Assembly (NCBI GenBank): GCA_010093745.1
Contig: MU005984.1
Location: 1 to 64,000, forward strand
Source of the DNA: Piedraia hortae CBS 480.64
Taxonomy: Eukaryota
Direction of reading: 5' to 3'
Length of the DNA: 64,000 bases
Part shown: one piece after another, positions 36,616 to 49,018 of the stretch
Layout: every line of letters starts with the position of its first letter
Numbering within the stretch: the stretch's first letter is position 1
Notes under the pieces: model-generated
Told to the model about the DNA's origin: nothing
Databases searched by the model: none
What the model saw: the letters and a program-made list of their open reading frames with translations, nothing else
Made by a program: the position numbers and the translations under genes

Positions 36616-36960
36616 TCCAGTTCACGATAAGTCATGCAACAACTGACTATCTATAAAAGATTCGAGATAATGCAGGTAATGGTATATGATTATGATCATA
36701 CTTTGATGGGTTGGGATTATCTTTTCTGAGCTTCTCCGGCATGAGTTAAGAACTTTCCCTGCTGATGAGTTTGTGCATTGGTTGTGGATGATTAGGTGAT
36801 TTGTCACGCATGAAATATTTTACTATACATGTTTTGCCGTCATGCATACTTCCTGTCACTGTGAGAGTCCAGACGTCAGAACAAGCTTTGACCGTTGTCT
36901 CAGGCGCCTCGCGGCTGCATGTCAACAACGTCACAACCTCGCCACCCCACGTTTTTTTTT

Positions 36961-36986
36961 TGACGTCACGCGGGGCATTTCTAGAA
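36961..36986 (+). promoter_or_regulatory. ATF/CREB site (TGACGTCA) and heat-shock element core (TTCTAGAA) upstream of HSP104
   Basis: TGACGTCA at 36961-36968 and TTCnnGAA at 36979-36986, about 70-95 bp before the ATG. A further GAAnnTTC lies near 36750. Confidence 0.55.
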
Positions 36987-37054
36987 GCTACTCGCACCTT
37001 CCTTGGATAAAGTGGCAGAAAAGGGCCGGTTCGCCCTCTTTCTCGTCCACAGCC

Positions 37055-39853
37055 ATGACTTCTGGTATGCAGTTCACTGATAGGGCCACCCAGGCTTTGG
37101 GTGAGGCCCAGGAGCTCGCACAGCAATACTCTCACTCTCAGTTGCAGCCGGTTCATTTGGCCGTAGCACTATTCGACCCCGCGCCAGACGCTTCCAAGGA
37201 CCAGCAGAATAACCACGCACACGCCTCCCATTCGGCATCCTCTGCCCCTCTTTTCAAGCAGGTGGTAGAGCGCGCGCATGGAGACCCACAACTTATGGAT
37301 CGTGCGTTGAAGAAAGCTCTGGTGCGTTTACCGAGCCAAGATCCGCCCCCGGAGAATGTTGCCGTGTCGCCAGCGTTCAGCAAGGTCCTCCGGGCCGCCA
37401 ATGATCTGTCAAAGACGCAAAAGGACAGCTACATTGCCATTGACCACCTGATCCAGTGTTTGGTCCAGGACTCGACCATCCTAAAGTGTCTGAACGAGGC
37501 CAATATTCCCAACGCTAAGTTGATAGATGGGGCCATTCAGCAGCTTCGTGGTACAAAGCGTGTCGACAGCAAGACGGCCGATGCGGAAGCTGAAAGCGAA
37601 AACCTGGCGAAATTCACTATTGACATGACAGCGTTGGCCAGAGAAGGCAAGATTGACCCCGTCATTGGACGTGAAGAGGAGATTCGCCGAGTTATCCGCA
37701 TCTTGTCACGCAGAAGCAAAAACAACCCCGTATTGCTGGGAGAGCCGGGAGTGGGTAAGACGACGGTTGTCGAGGGCCTCGCGCAGCGCATCGTGAACGC
37801 CGATGTGCCGTCAAGCCTTGCAGCCTGCAAACTTTTGTCGCTCGATGTCGGTGCTCTGGTTGCAGGATCCAAGTATCGTGGAGAATTCGAAGAGAGAATG
37901 AAGGGGGTGCTGAAGGAAATCGAGGAAAGCAAGGAAATGATCGTGCTGTTCGTAGACGAGATCCACCTGCTGATGGGAGCCGGTAGCTCTGGAGAGGGCG
38001 GCATGGACGCTGCGAACTTGCTGAAGCCGATGCTTGCGCGTGGTCAATTGCACTGTATCGGGGCGACGACACTGGCCGAGTACAGAAAGTATATTGAAAA
38101 GGACCAGGCGTTTGAGCGGCGTTTTCAGCAGGTCCTCGTCAAGGAGCCGTCAGTGCCGGAAACAATATCCATTCTGCGTGGGTTGAAGGAGAAGTACGAA
38201 GTGCACCACGGAGTTACCATCCTGGACGGGGCAATTGTTACTGCAGCCACTCTTGCTGCACGCTACTTGACGCAACGCCGCCTGCCAGACTCTGCCGTTG
38301 ATCTTATCGACGAAGCAGCGGCGGCGGTGCGTGTTGCGCGAGACTCTCAGCCCGAGGTTCTGGACAACCTGGAGCGCAGAGTGCGGCAGTTGGAGATTGA
38401 GATTCATGCTCTTGACCGCGAGAAGGACGAGGCTAGTAAAACTCGTCTTCGAGAGGCTCGAGCGGAAAAAGCCAACGTGGAGGAGGAACTCAAGCCGCTC
38501 AAGGAAAAGTACGAGAGCGAAAAGGAGCGGTCAAAGGAGATTCAGGAGCAGAAGATCAAGCTGGACCAGCTCAAGGTCAAGCAACAAGAAGCCGAGCGTA
38601 CGCGTGACTTGCAGACGGCGTCTGATCTGAAATACTACGCCATTCCCGACGTCGAGGCTCGCATCGAGCAGTTAGAGGCGAACAAGAAGGCGCACGAACG
38701 GGACCACGCCGCCCGTCATGGAAGCTTGGAGGAGTCGTTGGTCGCAGACGCCGTCGGTCCCGACCAGATCAACGAGATTGTTGCAAGGTGGACGGGCATT
38801 CCTGTGACCAAGCTCAAGGCAACAGAGAAGGAGAAGCTGCTTCACATGGAGAAAGTGCTCAGCCAACAGGTTGTGGGCCAGAAGGAGGCCGTCACTACCG
38901 TGGCCAATGCTATTCGACTGCAGAGGTCTGGTCTGGCCAATCCCGGTCAGCCGCCGTCGTTCCTGTTCTGTGGACCTTCGGGAACCGGCAAGACGCTGCT
39001 CACGAAGGCTTTGGCTGAGTTTCTGTTTGACGACCCCAAGGCCATGATTCGCTTTGACATGTCGGAGTATCAGGAGCGTCATGCCCTGTCGAGGATGATT
39101 GGAGCTCCGCCGGGCTACGTTGGACACGACGCCGGCGGACAGCTGACTGAGGCCCTCCGTCGTCGACCGTTCAGCATCCTGCTGTTTGACGAGGTGGAAA
39201 AGGCAGCCAAGGAGGTGTTGACGGTGTTACTCCAGCTTATGGACGATGGCCGTATCACGGATGGCCAAGGCCGTGTGGTCGATGCCCGCAACTGCATTGT
39301 GGTGTTAACGTCGAATCTGGGTGCTGAATATCTCAGCCGTCCCAACGCTCCAGATGGCAAGATTGATGGAGCCACTCGCGAGCTTGTCATGAACGCCCTG
39401 CGCAACTACTTTTTGCCAGAGTTCCTTAACCGTATCAGCGGCATCGTCATCTTCAACCGTCTCAACAAGAAGGAGATCCGCAAGATTGTCGACGTACGTC
39501 TGGCTGAGATTCAGAAACGGTTGATGTCGAATGGTCGCATCGTGCGAATCCAGATGAGCGACGAGGTCAAGGACTACTTTGGCTCAGCTGGTTACAGTCC
39601 GGCTTACGGTGCTCGCCCGCTTGCACGCTTGCTGGAGAAGGAAGTGCTGAATAAGATGGCCGTCTTGATCCTGCGTGGAGCGATTCGAGACGGTGAGACT
39701 GCGCGTGTCGTGCTTGAGGACGGACACGTCCAGGTGCTGCCTAATCATTCTGAGGACGTGGACATGGACTCTGAGATTGACGAGGATGATGAACTCGATG
39801 CTGAGGACGCGCTTGACGAAATTACGGGGGAAAAGGACTTGTATGACGACTAG
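37055..39853 (+). CDS. HSP104: Hsp104/ClpB disaggregase
   Basis: Two AAA+ domains (GEPGVGKT, LFVDEIH; GPSGTGKT, LLFDEVEK), coiled-coil M domain, YGARP, acidic C-terminus ending YDD. Confidence 0.97.
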   Translation: MTSGMQFTDRATQALGEAQELAQQYSHSQLQPVHLAVALFDPAPDASKDQQNNHAHASHSASSAPLFKQVVERAHGDPQLMDRALKKALVRLPSQDPPPENVAVSPAFSKVLRAANDLSKTQKDSYIAIDHLIQCLVQDSTILKCLNEANIPNAKLIDGAIQQLRGTKRVDSKTADAEAESENLAKFTIDMTALAREGKIDPVIGREEEIRRVIRILSRRSKNNPVLLGEPGVGKTTVVEGLAQRIVNADVPSSLAACKLLSLDVGALVAGSKYRGEFEERMKGVLKEIEESKEMIVLFVDEIHLLMGAGSSGEGGMDAANLLKPMLARGQLHCIGATTLAEYRKYIEKDQAFERRFQQVLVKEPSVPETISILRGLKEKYEVHHGVTILDGAIVTAATLAARYLTQRRLPDSAVDLIDEAAAAVRVARDSQPEVLDNLERRVRQLEIEIHALDREKDEASKTRLREARAEKANVEEELKPLKEKYESEKERSKEIQEQKIKLDQLKVKQQEAERTRDLQTASDLKYYAIPDVEARIEQLEANKKAHERDHAARHGSLEESLVADAVGPDQINEIVARWTGIPVTKLKATEKEKLLHMEKVLSQQVVGQKEAVTTVANAIRLQRSGLANPGQPPSFLFCGPSGTGKTLLTKALAEFLFDDPKAMIRFDMSEYQERHALSRMIGAPPGYVGHDAGGQLTEALRRRPFSILLFDEVEKAAKEVLTVLLQLMDDGRITDGQGRVVDARNCIVVLTSNLGAEYLSRPNAPDGKIDGATRELVMNALRNYFLPEFLNRISGIVIFNRLNKKEIRKIVDVRLAEIQKRLMSNGRIVRIQMSDEVKDYFGSAGYSPAYGARPLARLLEKEVLNKMAVLILRGAIRDGETARVVLEDGHVQVLPNHSEDVDMDSEIDEDDELDAEDALDEITGEKDLYDD

Positions 39854-39891
39854 AGTACCTATCAATGGACGATGTTAATGACGTACTTCTG

Positions 39892-41214
39892 CTATACCTT
39901 TTCTACGACCAGATTTGCTGCTCGGGGAATTTTGTCCCCAATCTTTGCATCTTGCAGTAGGATTTCCTCTCGCGGTAGGGGCGAGACGAGGATGAAGTCG
40001 TACTGGTGGTTGTAATCGTGAGGTGCATCGACTGCATCATCGCCGTCGATGAACTCACGACATTCGACGAAGGCGTAGAGCGCCTCAAGGTCATCTTGGG
40101 GATCGAACTTGCGAATGACTCTCTCTCCATCCGGAAACCTCAGCGAGATCCTGGTGCCGTCTTGAGGCTCTTTTGCAATTCTCTGTGCGCGATATTTCCT
40201 CCACTGCAGAGCTTTCTTCTCTTTTTCCTCTTGCTGCTCTTTACGAAGCCTCTCCTCCTTCTCCTCCCTCTCTCTTATCGCCTCAGCCTCCTTTCTACGT
40301 CTCGCCTTTTCCCGGTCCTTCTCGAGGGAGCGCTGGTAAGCGGATTTCTGCTCCTCCCTAAGCCTGCGTTCAGCATCCTGTTGCTTCCGCCTTTGCCTGA
40401 TGCCCGCCAATTCGCGATTGTACTTGTCAATCTTCTCCCTACACCGTCCCACGACTTGGTCGGCTGTAGTTTCCCCTCCGGCGGCGATGGCGACCTGACC
40501 CATGGCTGTACTCCCCAGCGAAGGAGTATGGAACACTAAACCCACATACGGTACGGTCGAAATGCCCAACACGGACGCAACCTGCCACGCTTCACTCGAG
40601 TTCACGGACCCGCCCCAGAGCAGGACGTTTTCATCCTTTGCCAACGCCGCGAAACGTCCATCCTCTCCTTCCAAAACCTCCCGCACAAAGGCGGGAGTAT
40701 CATCGTGCTCTTCGGACAGTAGTACCACAACCAAGAATTTGAGTTCCTGCTTTGCCCGATCGTACGCCTGGGCGTAACTTCCCTCAAACCATGGCAAATC
40801 CTCTGGCAGGATGCTGGGATGAAGCCTCTCCTTGCCGTCTATACCAGCGACCTTCTTCACCAGCCCAACAGCGTAATTAAGCGGAAATAGCATCGCGGAA
40901 AGCAGGAAAGGAGGGCTTCGTTCGCTAAGAGTCACGACCCTTTCAGCGCGCGTCACCTCGGTGTTGGTAGGGACGCTTCGCGCGTGGAAGGAGCCCTGTA
41001 AGTTTTCCGCTATTCGCGGGTTTGGTTGCGGGAGGGATGCCTCGCGCAAGAGGGCCTCGCCTTCGGTCTCGATGTCGCCGTCAAAGTAGCGTGTTATCGC
41101 TATCTGTGCGTTCCACGAACACTTTTCAAGTAGGGGGAGGGCGACTTCGCGGGAAGTGGAGGTTACTGTCTGGAAGGTCTCGAGAGCGGTTTGTTGCGTG
41201 GGTGTTAGGGACAT
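39892..41214 (-). CDS. UBA-UAS-UBX domain Cdc48 adaptor (FAF2/Ubx2/Ucp10-like)
   Basis: UBA-like LLEKCSWNAQIAITRYFD, UAS region (FEGSYAQA..AKQELKFL), coiled coil, UBX domain ISLRFPDGERVIRKF..SPLPR. Confidence 0.88.
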   Translation of the reverse strand: MSLTPTQQTALETFQTVTSTSREVALPLLEKCSWNAQIAITRYFDGDIETEGEALLREASLPQPNPRIAENLQGSFHARSVPTNTEVTRAERVVTLSERSPPFLLSAMLFPLNYAVGLVKKVAGIDGKERLHPSILPEDLPWFEGSYAQAYDRAKQELKFLVVVLLSEEHDDTPAFVREVLEGEDGRFAALAKDENVLLWGGSVNSSEAWQVASVLGISTVPYVGLVFHTPSLGSTAMGQVAIAAGGETTADQVVGRCREKIDKYNRELAGIRQRRKQQDAERRLREEQKSAYQRSLEKDREKARRRKEAEAIREREEKEERLRKEQQEEKEKKALQWRKYRAQRIAKEPQDGTRISLRFPDGERVIRKFDPQDDLEALYAFVECREFIDGDDAVDAPHDYNHQYDFILVSPLPREEILLQDAKIGDKIPRAANLVVEKV

Positions 41215-41464
41215 TGTCTCGGCTGCATGTGTGGGCGTTGAGGTGCAGATATCTACAGTTAGATACCATACAACTGAAATTCGAGGACAGAACACGTGGG
41301 GACGTGTAATGTTGGCAGAATGCCGAATTGTTAAACCTGAAATCTGTTTGTAATCCGAAATAGAACGAGTATGCATCACTTCGAGTCACCTTTGGCCAAC
41401 TGCCAACACGTATCAAATGGATCTTTAGACACATATTCTATGTACTGTATGTACCATATACTGC

Positions 41465-42328
41465 CTACTTGCTACCCTTCCCACTGCAGCCGAGATGGTT
41501 AATCCACTCCTCGCACGACTCCTTGATGAGGCTGACGCCCTTTTCCATCAGCTGCGTCATCGGCACCCGCCCGGCGCTCTCTCTGATGAATTCGTAATAC
41601 TTATCCAGCACAAGGCCATTTACGTTGACTCTTGTCATACCATTCTGGACACACTCGTCCATGATCTCCGGTGTGAACTCATTCGTTCCGTGCAGGACAA
41701 GCTGAACGCGACCATTCGCCTTGTCCCTAATCGTCCTCAGTCTTTCAAAATCCAACTGAATTTTGCCACCATAGTTGCCATGCACGTTCCCAAACGAAGG
41801 CGCTAGGAAATCTATACCGGTGCCTACAAAGTCATCCACCTCCTCAGCGGTAGTCATGACAGCAGAGTCAATGCTCTGCACTCCATCCTCTCCACCTTCG
41901 ATCCGGCCAGGTTCCGCCTCGGTTGCAATCCCGCGCGCACGGCACACGGCAACCAGTTCCCTTGTACGTGCAAGGTTTTCCTCCTTATCGTAATGTGACA
42001 TATCGACCATTATGGAGTCGAACGCGGGGGTGCCGTCAGCAGCATCGTAGGCAGCAGCAGCCCGCACAACGTCCGGGTCCTGTGCATGGTCCATGTGTAC
42101 CGTTACGGGAACGCTGGCCCGCCGTGCGGCTTGCGCTGCCACATCGACGAGGATGCGGAACTTTTGGAATGCCCAAGGGAATAAAAGGATTTGGATGGGG
42201 GATTTTTTGGACTCGGCTGCTGCGATGGCTCCGAGGATCGTTTCTACGTTGTAGCTTACTACTCCTAGGATTCCGTACTTGCCCTCGCTGCTCGCGCGGA
42301 GCATTCGGATTGCGCGGTTCTGGTCCAT
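41465..42328 (-). CDS. Class II ketose-bisphosphate aldolase
   Basis: Motifs VHMDH, SIMVDMS, EAEPGRIEGGED, FGNVHG and LVLHG. Confidence 0.92.
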   Translation of the reverse strand: MDQNRAIRMLRASSEGKYGILGVVSYNVETILGAIAAAESKKSPIQILLFPWAFQKFRILVDVAAQAARRASVPVTVHMDHAQDPDVVRAAAAYDAADGTPAFDSIMVDMSHYDKEENLARTRELVAVCRARGIATEAEPGRIEGGEDGVQSIDSAVMTTAEEVDDFVGTGIDFLAPSFGNVHGNYGGKIQLDFERLRTIRDKANGRVQLVLHGTNEFTPEIMDECVQNGMTRVNVNGLVLDKYYEFIRESAGRVPMTQLMEKGVSLIKESCEEWINHLGCSGKGSK

Positions 42329-42539
42329 TCTGCATGTGGGGATGGAGAGGGAAAGATACCCCGCGTGAGGGGAAAGGAAACGCGGACGCAGGGAACCTGA
42401 TAGACGTGGAGCTTACATAGACGCACTACCTACTGCATCTAGAGCATTCTGAAATTGTCTGTCTACAAATTTGGCATTCCGCAACGAACGTGAAGTCAAC
42501 TCTTGGCAACGCGGAACACGGAACCCCACTTCCCACCAT

Positions 42540-42606
42540 CGCATCACCGCATCACCGCACCACTACACCACTACACCACCACCACTCACCCACTCACCCA
42601 CCCACA
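42540..42606 (+). repeat. Degenerate C/A-rich short tandem repeats in the CGR1 leader
   Basis: (GCATCACC)2, (CACTACAC)2 and (CACTCACC)2. Confidence 0.6.
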
Positions 42607-42620
42607 TCGGCTAACACACA

Positions 42621-42956
42621 ATGACCACAACAAGATCACACGGCCTCCGTAAAAATGGCCACCAATGGCTCCCCGCCAAGCGCCCCTTCCGACCGAGCGT
42701 CATTAAAACAACCGGGGCTAGCGCATTTGCAAAGCGCACGGCTCGGCAGGCGCAAGAACAAGAGGCTAAAAGGATGGAGAATGAGATGAAAGCAGAGAAG
42801 GCGGCGGAACGGGCACAAAAAGCACAAGCGATCCGAGATAAACACAGCGCCAAAGAAGAAAAGGAGCGGTTTGAGAAACTCGCGGCGAAGATGCATAAGA
42901 AGAAGGTGGAGAGGCTCAAGAAACGGGAGAAGAGGAATAAGTTGTTGAATTCGTAA
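42621..42956 (+). CDS. CGR1: rRNA-processing protein Cgr1
   Basis: GLRKNGHQW..KRPFRP, basic coiled coil, KMHKKKVERLKKREKRNKLL. Confidence 0.9.
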   Translation: MTTTRSHGLRKNGHQWLPAKRPFRPSVIKTTGASAFAKRTARQAQEQEAKRMENEMKAEKAAERAQKAQAIRDKHSAKEEKERFEKLAAKMHKKKVERLKKREKRNKLLNS

Positions 42957-43303
42957 TAGGTGGGGAGTATCGTGGGAAAGCTTTACCGAGTCGGTCTACC
43001 TTGATAAACTGTTCTATCTTATATCAGAGGCGCCAGGTTCATTGGAATTAGGGTTGTTTAACAGATTGCATCGGTCCGTCCCGCTCCCGACTTCGCTGCC
43101 CCACTGTGGCGGTCGTAGTTGGCGGCCACCAAATGGATGACGAACAAGAAGCTGCCAATGTGACTGAGTAAAGTGGTCTCAGACCTAATTGGGTGGAAGA
43201 AAGAACAAGCCGCTGGCCCAGCGACCGCCCCGCAACACCGCATGTCTCCGGAATGGCCACCAATGTGCGCCATTCCCCCGACACTCGCAAGTCGCACGTC
43301 GCC

Positions 43304-45225
43304 ATGAATCAGACCCAAACACGTGTGGCCAGCAGCCAACTCTGCCGCAACGGCCTACAGTGTCGCAAGTTCCAAGAGGGTAACTGCGCATACAAGCACG
43401 AGCTCAGCGGCCTTGGTCAGGCCAACGCGACAACAGCGGCGAACGCGTATGTGTCTTACATCGCTCATGGTCAGCAACTGACCCGAACAGGGCCAAAAAG
43501 ATGCTAAACGTCGACTCTCCCGCCTTCACCCCGAGCCTGTCACCGCGTCCGATCAAGAACCAGACCTTGTCACCCAAAGTCGCGGCCGCGGCGAGCTTCA
43601 CGCCGCGCGGGTCCGGCGCCCTGACGCCGCTGGGCCACGTGAAGCTGCCGTCCGACGACTTTGCTTCGTCGCAGCCGTTCCAGCTGCCGCAGCAGACGGC
43701 TGAGTTTGTGCCCCCGGGGCAGCCGCAGGCCTTGGCGGCGTACAGCGATACGCTATCTCCCCACGGCATCAGCATGCTGGATGGACAGCCATTTAATGCA
43801 TTCGCTGCCCCGTCTCCGTTCATGCACGATGCCTCTTTCAAGCATCCGCTCAACTACCACCTCTCAGCCGCCGTGGGCCCGCGTCGGGACCACATGCAGC
43901 CCTACCAGCGCGCTGCGGCCGACTTCTTCGTGCCAGACGAGGTGCGCGAAACGCTGCTGCGCAAGGCTGACGCCTCTAATCAAGTCTTCCCCAACAGTGG
44001 TCTTCCGCAGCAGGTCGAACATTTTCACTCACTCGTCGCCCTAGACTCGAACCCGCGTAAGACGCGGTCGTTCTTTGGACTACCGAGCTGGTTGTACAAG
44101 GCGACTTCGGCCCGCGACGGTCATCTGTATACACTCTGCCGCATCCAGGGTTTCCGTCTAACAGACCCGCGGGCAATTTCAAACTTCCAGGCCTGGAAAC
44201 GCGTCAATAGCGGGACTCTTGTCAACGTCCATGACGCTTTTACCGGCAAGTGGTTTGGCGACAGCTCTCTGATAGTGGTGACCGACTACTTTCCCCTTTC
44301 ACAGTCGTTGGCCGACAAATACTTTGCGTCTGGCCGCCTCAGTCGAACGGTAACCGCTCCGGTAGCTGAAAATGTCCTATGGGGCTACATGGTGCAGCTG
44401 GCCAACGCACTGAGGGCAGTCCATGATGTCGGACTGGCAGCTCAGACGGTGACGGCGTCCAAGGTGTTGATCACATCCAAGAATCGACTGCGGCTGAACG
44501 GTTGCGGCGTGCTCGACATTCTGCGCTTCGAGAAGCGACCGTCGGTGGCAGAGTTGCAGCGGGCGGACCTGCAGGATCTCGGCCGTCTGATGCTAAACCT
44601 CGCCGCCCGCAGCCCCACAGCCGACCAGGAGCCCGAGAAGTCGCTTCGTCTGATTGCTGCCACGCACAGCCAACGCTTACAGGTGACGATTGGCTGGTTG
44701 CTGGTGCCGCCGCCCGGCACAGAGCGTCTGGACGAGTACAACGTAGGCAGTCTGCTCACGAGCATCGCGGACAAGATGTCTTCCTCACTCGACAGCGCTT
44801 TCCACCATGAAGACGACACTATGAACCACCTCGCGCTTGAGTTGGAAAACGGACGGCTGTTTCGTCTGCAGACCAAGCTCAACCTCATAATAGAGCGGCC
44901 CGAGTCCAGTCCAGCAGGCAGTAACATGCCATCAAGCCTACTCAATCACCCTTCACAGTCATGGTCCGAGACAGGTGACCGCTATGTGCTGAAACTGTTC
45001 CGTGACTACGTCTTTCATCAGGTCGACCACGCTGGCCGGCCGGTCATCAACATGGCACACATAGTAAGTAGCCTCAATAAGCTAGACGGGGCACTGGATG
45101 AAATGGTGCAACTGGTGTCACGAGACGAGCAAAACGTGTTTGCCGTCAGCTACAGGGACCTGAAGCGGGCAATGGACGGAGCGTGGGCGGAGCTGACCAA
45201 GGCCAGTGCGGGGAACAGACGATAG
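43304..45225 (+). CDS. PAN3: PAN2-PAN3 deadenylase subunit Pan3; intron 43447-43490
   Basis: CCCH finger (CRNGLQCRKFQEGNCAYKH), PAM2-like LNVDSPAFTP, pseudokinase domain, ELENGRLFRL, WSETGDRY, LNKLD. Confidence 0.93.
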
Positions 45226-45447
45226 TAGAGTTATCAGTGTAGCGTTTAGCATGAGTCAGACCAGACGCCGGTGACGTGTGTAAAACGCCGGGGCGATGGC
45301 GAGGAACAGGTAAGCCGGCCGTCGTCCCCCCGCCTGGTCGGTGAGTCGGGCGGGGCGGGTTACGGGCTCACGTGGATGAAACGCTTGTCGCCTCAGGCAT
45401 GAGCGCTTGACAACACTCGGCCGGCCAGCTTTCGCCGGCACGACGAA

Positions 45448-47471
45448 ATGTCGACGCCGCAGACGCTTGCACACGTCCCATCGCTTCGTCTTGCACATCC
45501 GCACGCGCCCTTTATTCTGTCGCCCCACGATCGCTACCTCCCGCCTCCGAGGCCGAGCAGCAACCCCGCGGGCTCCCACCCCGCCGTTCGCTCGCTGCCC
45601 TACGTCTCTAACGCTGTCTATCTGCCGCGCGACGGCACAGACTATGCGGGCTCCAATACAGTAGCCTCACCCCACGCCGCAATGTCACCTGCCCAGGCCT
45701 CAGCTGGTGCCGTTGACGATCGCCGGCGCGCCAAACCGGCGGTCGACTGGGTTCAGTTCTTTGGCGGACAGCCGCCGCGTGAGATCATCACCATCCACGA
45801 CGATGACAGTCCGTGTCCGGAGCAGCCGCCGGAGCCAGCTGTTCCGCACCATGCGGACAAGCGGCGTCGTACCAACGGAAACGCCGCCTATAGCACCACG
45901 CACACGCCGTATTCATACAACGGCAGTTCCGCCGCAACTCCAGCCACCATGGCCAATCGCCATGAGACGGCCCAAACGGGCCAGAAGCGCAAGAGAATCA
46001 CCAGAGAGTCAGAGCGAGAGCGCAAGAGGGTCGAGGCCGCTCATTCTAGTGCGACGGGCTATCTGGCTCAGTACGGAGATTATATACCTCCTCCCCGCCT
46101 GCCAAAGAAGCAGCGAGAAGTCTACGTGCCCGTTATTGCCGCCGTATGTGCTGTATCGTGGCTGACTGGAAAGATTTGCTGACAACAAGCAGCGCTCAAA
46201 GCCAAATGAGCCCGTCGACGACGAAGAGGGCCACTATATTGTCCACGAACGAAGCACTATTGGTGGGAAATTTACCATTGTCAAGCTGCTCGGCCAAGGT
46301 ACCTTTGGCAAGGTTGTCGAGGCCGTAGATTCGCGGACTCGAGATAAAGTGGCCATTAAGATCATCCGCTCCGTGCAAAAGGTGCGTCTACGTTTTCATC
46401 ACAGTCCCATTAGCTGACCCTGTTACAGTACCGCGACGCGAGTAGGATTGAGCTGCGTGTGCTTCAGACTATCCGCGCAGCAGACGAGCACAACCGCAAC
46501 CGCTGCATTCAGCTGCGCGAGTGTTTCGATTACCGCGGCCACATCTGCATTGTCACGCCTCTGCTCGGCCTTTCCGTCTTTGACTTCCTTAAGCAGGGTG
46601 GTTTCGTACCTTTCCCCGGCTCTCACATACAGGCCTTTGCGCGACAGCTTCTCGGAAGCATTGCCTTTCTGCACGATCTCAATCTGATTCATACTGATCT
46701 CAAACCGGAGAACATTCTGTTGCTAAGCCACGAATATCAGGCCTTTACTTATAACCGCAACATTCCCTCTAGCAGCACGCTCAGCAATCGTTCTGCCAAG
46801 TTCCGCCGTGTGCTAATGAGTCCGCACATAAACCTCATAGACTTCGGGAGTGCGACGTTCGACGACGAATACCACAGCTCGGTGGTCAGCACGCGGCACT
46901 ATAGAGCACCAGAAATCATCATGGGCATTGGTGAGTTGTTGACAGATGTTCCTATTGCTTTACTGATGATATAGGCTGGACCTTTCCGATTGACCTTTGG
47001 TCGCTCGGCTGTATATTGGTCGAATGCTGGACAGGAGACGCCTTGTTCCAAACGCACGACTGCTACGAACATCTTGCGATGATGGAAGCCGTCATCGGTG
47101 AGCCCATTGACCGTTCGCTGATCCGCCAAGTCAATCGTGGAGGGCGTCGTGCGGACGCCAACTCGGCTGCTCGCTTCTTCAAAAACGGACAGCTTAGTTA
47201 TCCGGCGGCGGAAACTCCCAAGCAAAGTAAGAAATATGTGCGCGCGATGAAGCGATTAGAGGAAATTATCCCGCCGACATCCACCTTCAACACCCTCTTT
47301 CTCGATCTTTTGCGTAGAATTTTCGTCTTCGACCCGAAACGCAGAATCACGGCCCGGGAAGCGTTGAAGCATCCCTGGTTCCAAGAACTGGTGCAAGACG
47401 ACGGCACCGAAGCCAGTCGTATTAAGTACGAGAGAGACCATCTGGCAGAGCGGAGCAGGGGCAGACGGTGA
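45448..47471 (+). CDS. LKH1: LAMMER dual-specificity kinase (Lkh1/Kns1/CLK); introns 46144-46192, 46382-46428, 46931-46974
   Basis: Motifs DDEEGHY, GQGTFGKV, HTDLKPEN, DFGSATF, STRHYRAPE and EHLAMME. Confidence 0.95.
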
Positions 47472-48008
47472 TGCCCAATGAACATGATTATGTTTTTTTC
47501 TTCTATTCGTTTTATTCAAAATTACATTAGGGGATGTTCATGGGTGGACTAGAGGTATTGTTGACAACTGTGAGAGGGAGCTGCGACAAGAATGTTGCTA
47601 TTGTCGGTACAATATCAGCTCAAATCATGCCATCAATACTGATATGTAAGCTCTATCTAGGTAACAATTTCCATCTTACTGCTGACGTGGACCGTTGTCT
47701 GAGGTGAACCCAGCTAGCATACCAGCCAAGTGCAGCAGTACTTGCTTTGCCTGTGACATGTCAAGTCTATGGAAACTAAAAGGGTCCAGATTGTGTTTTT
47801 CTCCGGGCCAAGGTGATTGATTGGCATGAAGTGCATTTTTCTGGAAGCTACATCTTTTCCTGACTCTAGCAGCGACGAATACTAGTATGGCCCGGTCAAG
47901 TTTATGACGACTACCAGACCTGGTGCAAGAACTCGAGGACTAGGCACAACATTACACTTAAGCACTTTAAGTTGCTGCTCTTACGTCACACTGCTTTGTT
48001 CCATCAAC

Positions 48009-49018
48009 ATGTCCAACTCGATCAGAAACGTCGCCATTATCGGCGTAAGCGTCCCTACCCGTCCACTCTATAATCCCCTAATCCCCACAAAAAGGCAGGT
48101 AGCAATCTAGGCCAGCATATCGTCCACTCCCTCCTCCAAACAGACCAACACACCATCACAGCCATCACACGCGAAACTTCCCAAACCCCTCTCCCTCCCG
48201 GCCTCCACAAGGTCATCAAAGTAAACTATGCATCCCACCCCTCCCTCGTGAAATCTCTACAAGATATCGACGCCCTAATCATCATCCTCTCCCCCTACGC
48301 ACCCGCAGGGACCTCTTCCCTCCTCATAACCGCCGCATTAGAAGCACGCGTCCGCTTCATTCTGCCCGATGAATGGGGCGCCGACTCCAGCGACGCAGGC
48401 CTAAACTATGAAATTCCCGCCTTCGCTACCAAGGGACCTCTAACCCAAAGAATCATCGACGAGGGATACGGCATCACGAGTGCCATCCCCATCGCGACGA
48501 ACTTTTGGTTCGAGTTCTCGGTCGCGATTCCAGACGCGTGTGGGTTTGATTTTGAGAAGAGGAGGGTTACGTTCTTTGATGATGGGAAGACGACTATTTC
48601 GGCGTCGACGTGGGTGCAGATTGGACGGGCGGTGAAGGGGTTGCTCTCCCTTCCGACTCAGGGCCAGGGGTTGAGTTTGGAACGCTTCGCGAATAAGAGG
48701 GTTTTTGTTGATTCGTTTAGGATCTCGCAGAGGGAGATTTTTGAGTCTGTTCTGCGTGTAACTGGGACGGAGGAGACGGAGTGGACGATTCAGTATGAAA
48801 GGGCGAGGGAGAGGTATGAGGCTGGGAAAGAGGCGATGGAGAAGGGGGATCAAAGCGCGTTTATCAGAATGATGTATGCGAGGGTTTGGTTCAAGGATGG
48901 TGGGTGTGATTTCGAGGGTGAGGGGAAGTTTATGATTAATGAGTTGTTGGGACTGCCTAGGGAGGATCTGGATGAGGCTACTAAGAGGGCGATCGAGAGG
49001 GCAAGGCGGCAGAGGTAG
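48009..49018 (+). CDS. NmrA/isoflavone-reductase-like oxidoreductase (CipA-like); intron 48045-48094
   Basis: Spliced Rossmann motif VAIIGAGSNLGQHIV, plus FILPDEWG and STWVQIGRAV. Confidence 0.85.

Noticed and set aside
36842..37054. 71-codon in-frame upstream extension of HSP104 as a mitochondrial presequence isoform
   Set aside because: It spans the promoter (HSE/CRE, poly-T), and the protein has cytosolic Hsp104 features starting at MTSGMQFTDRA.
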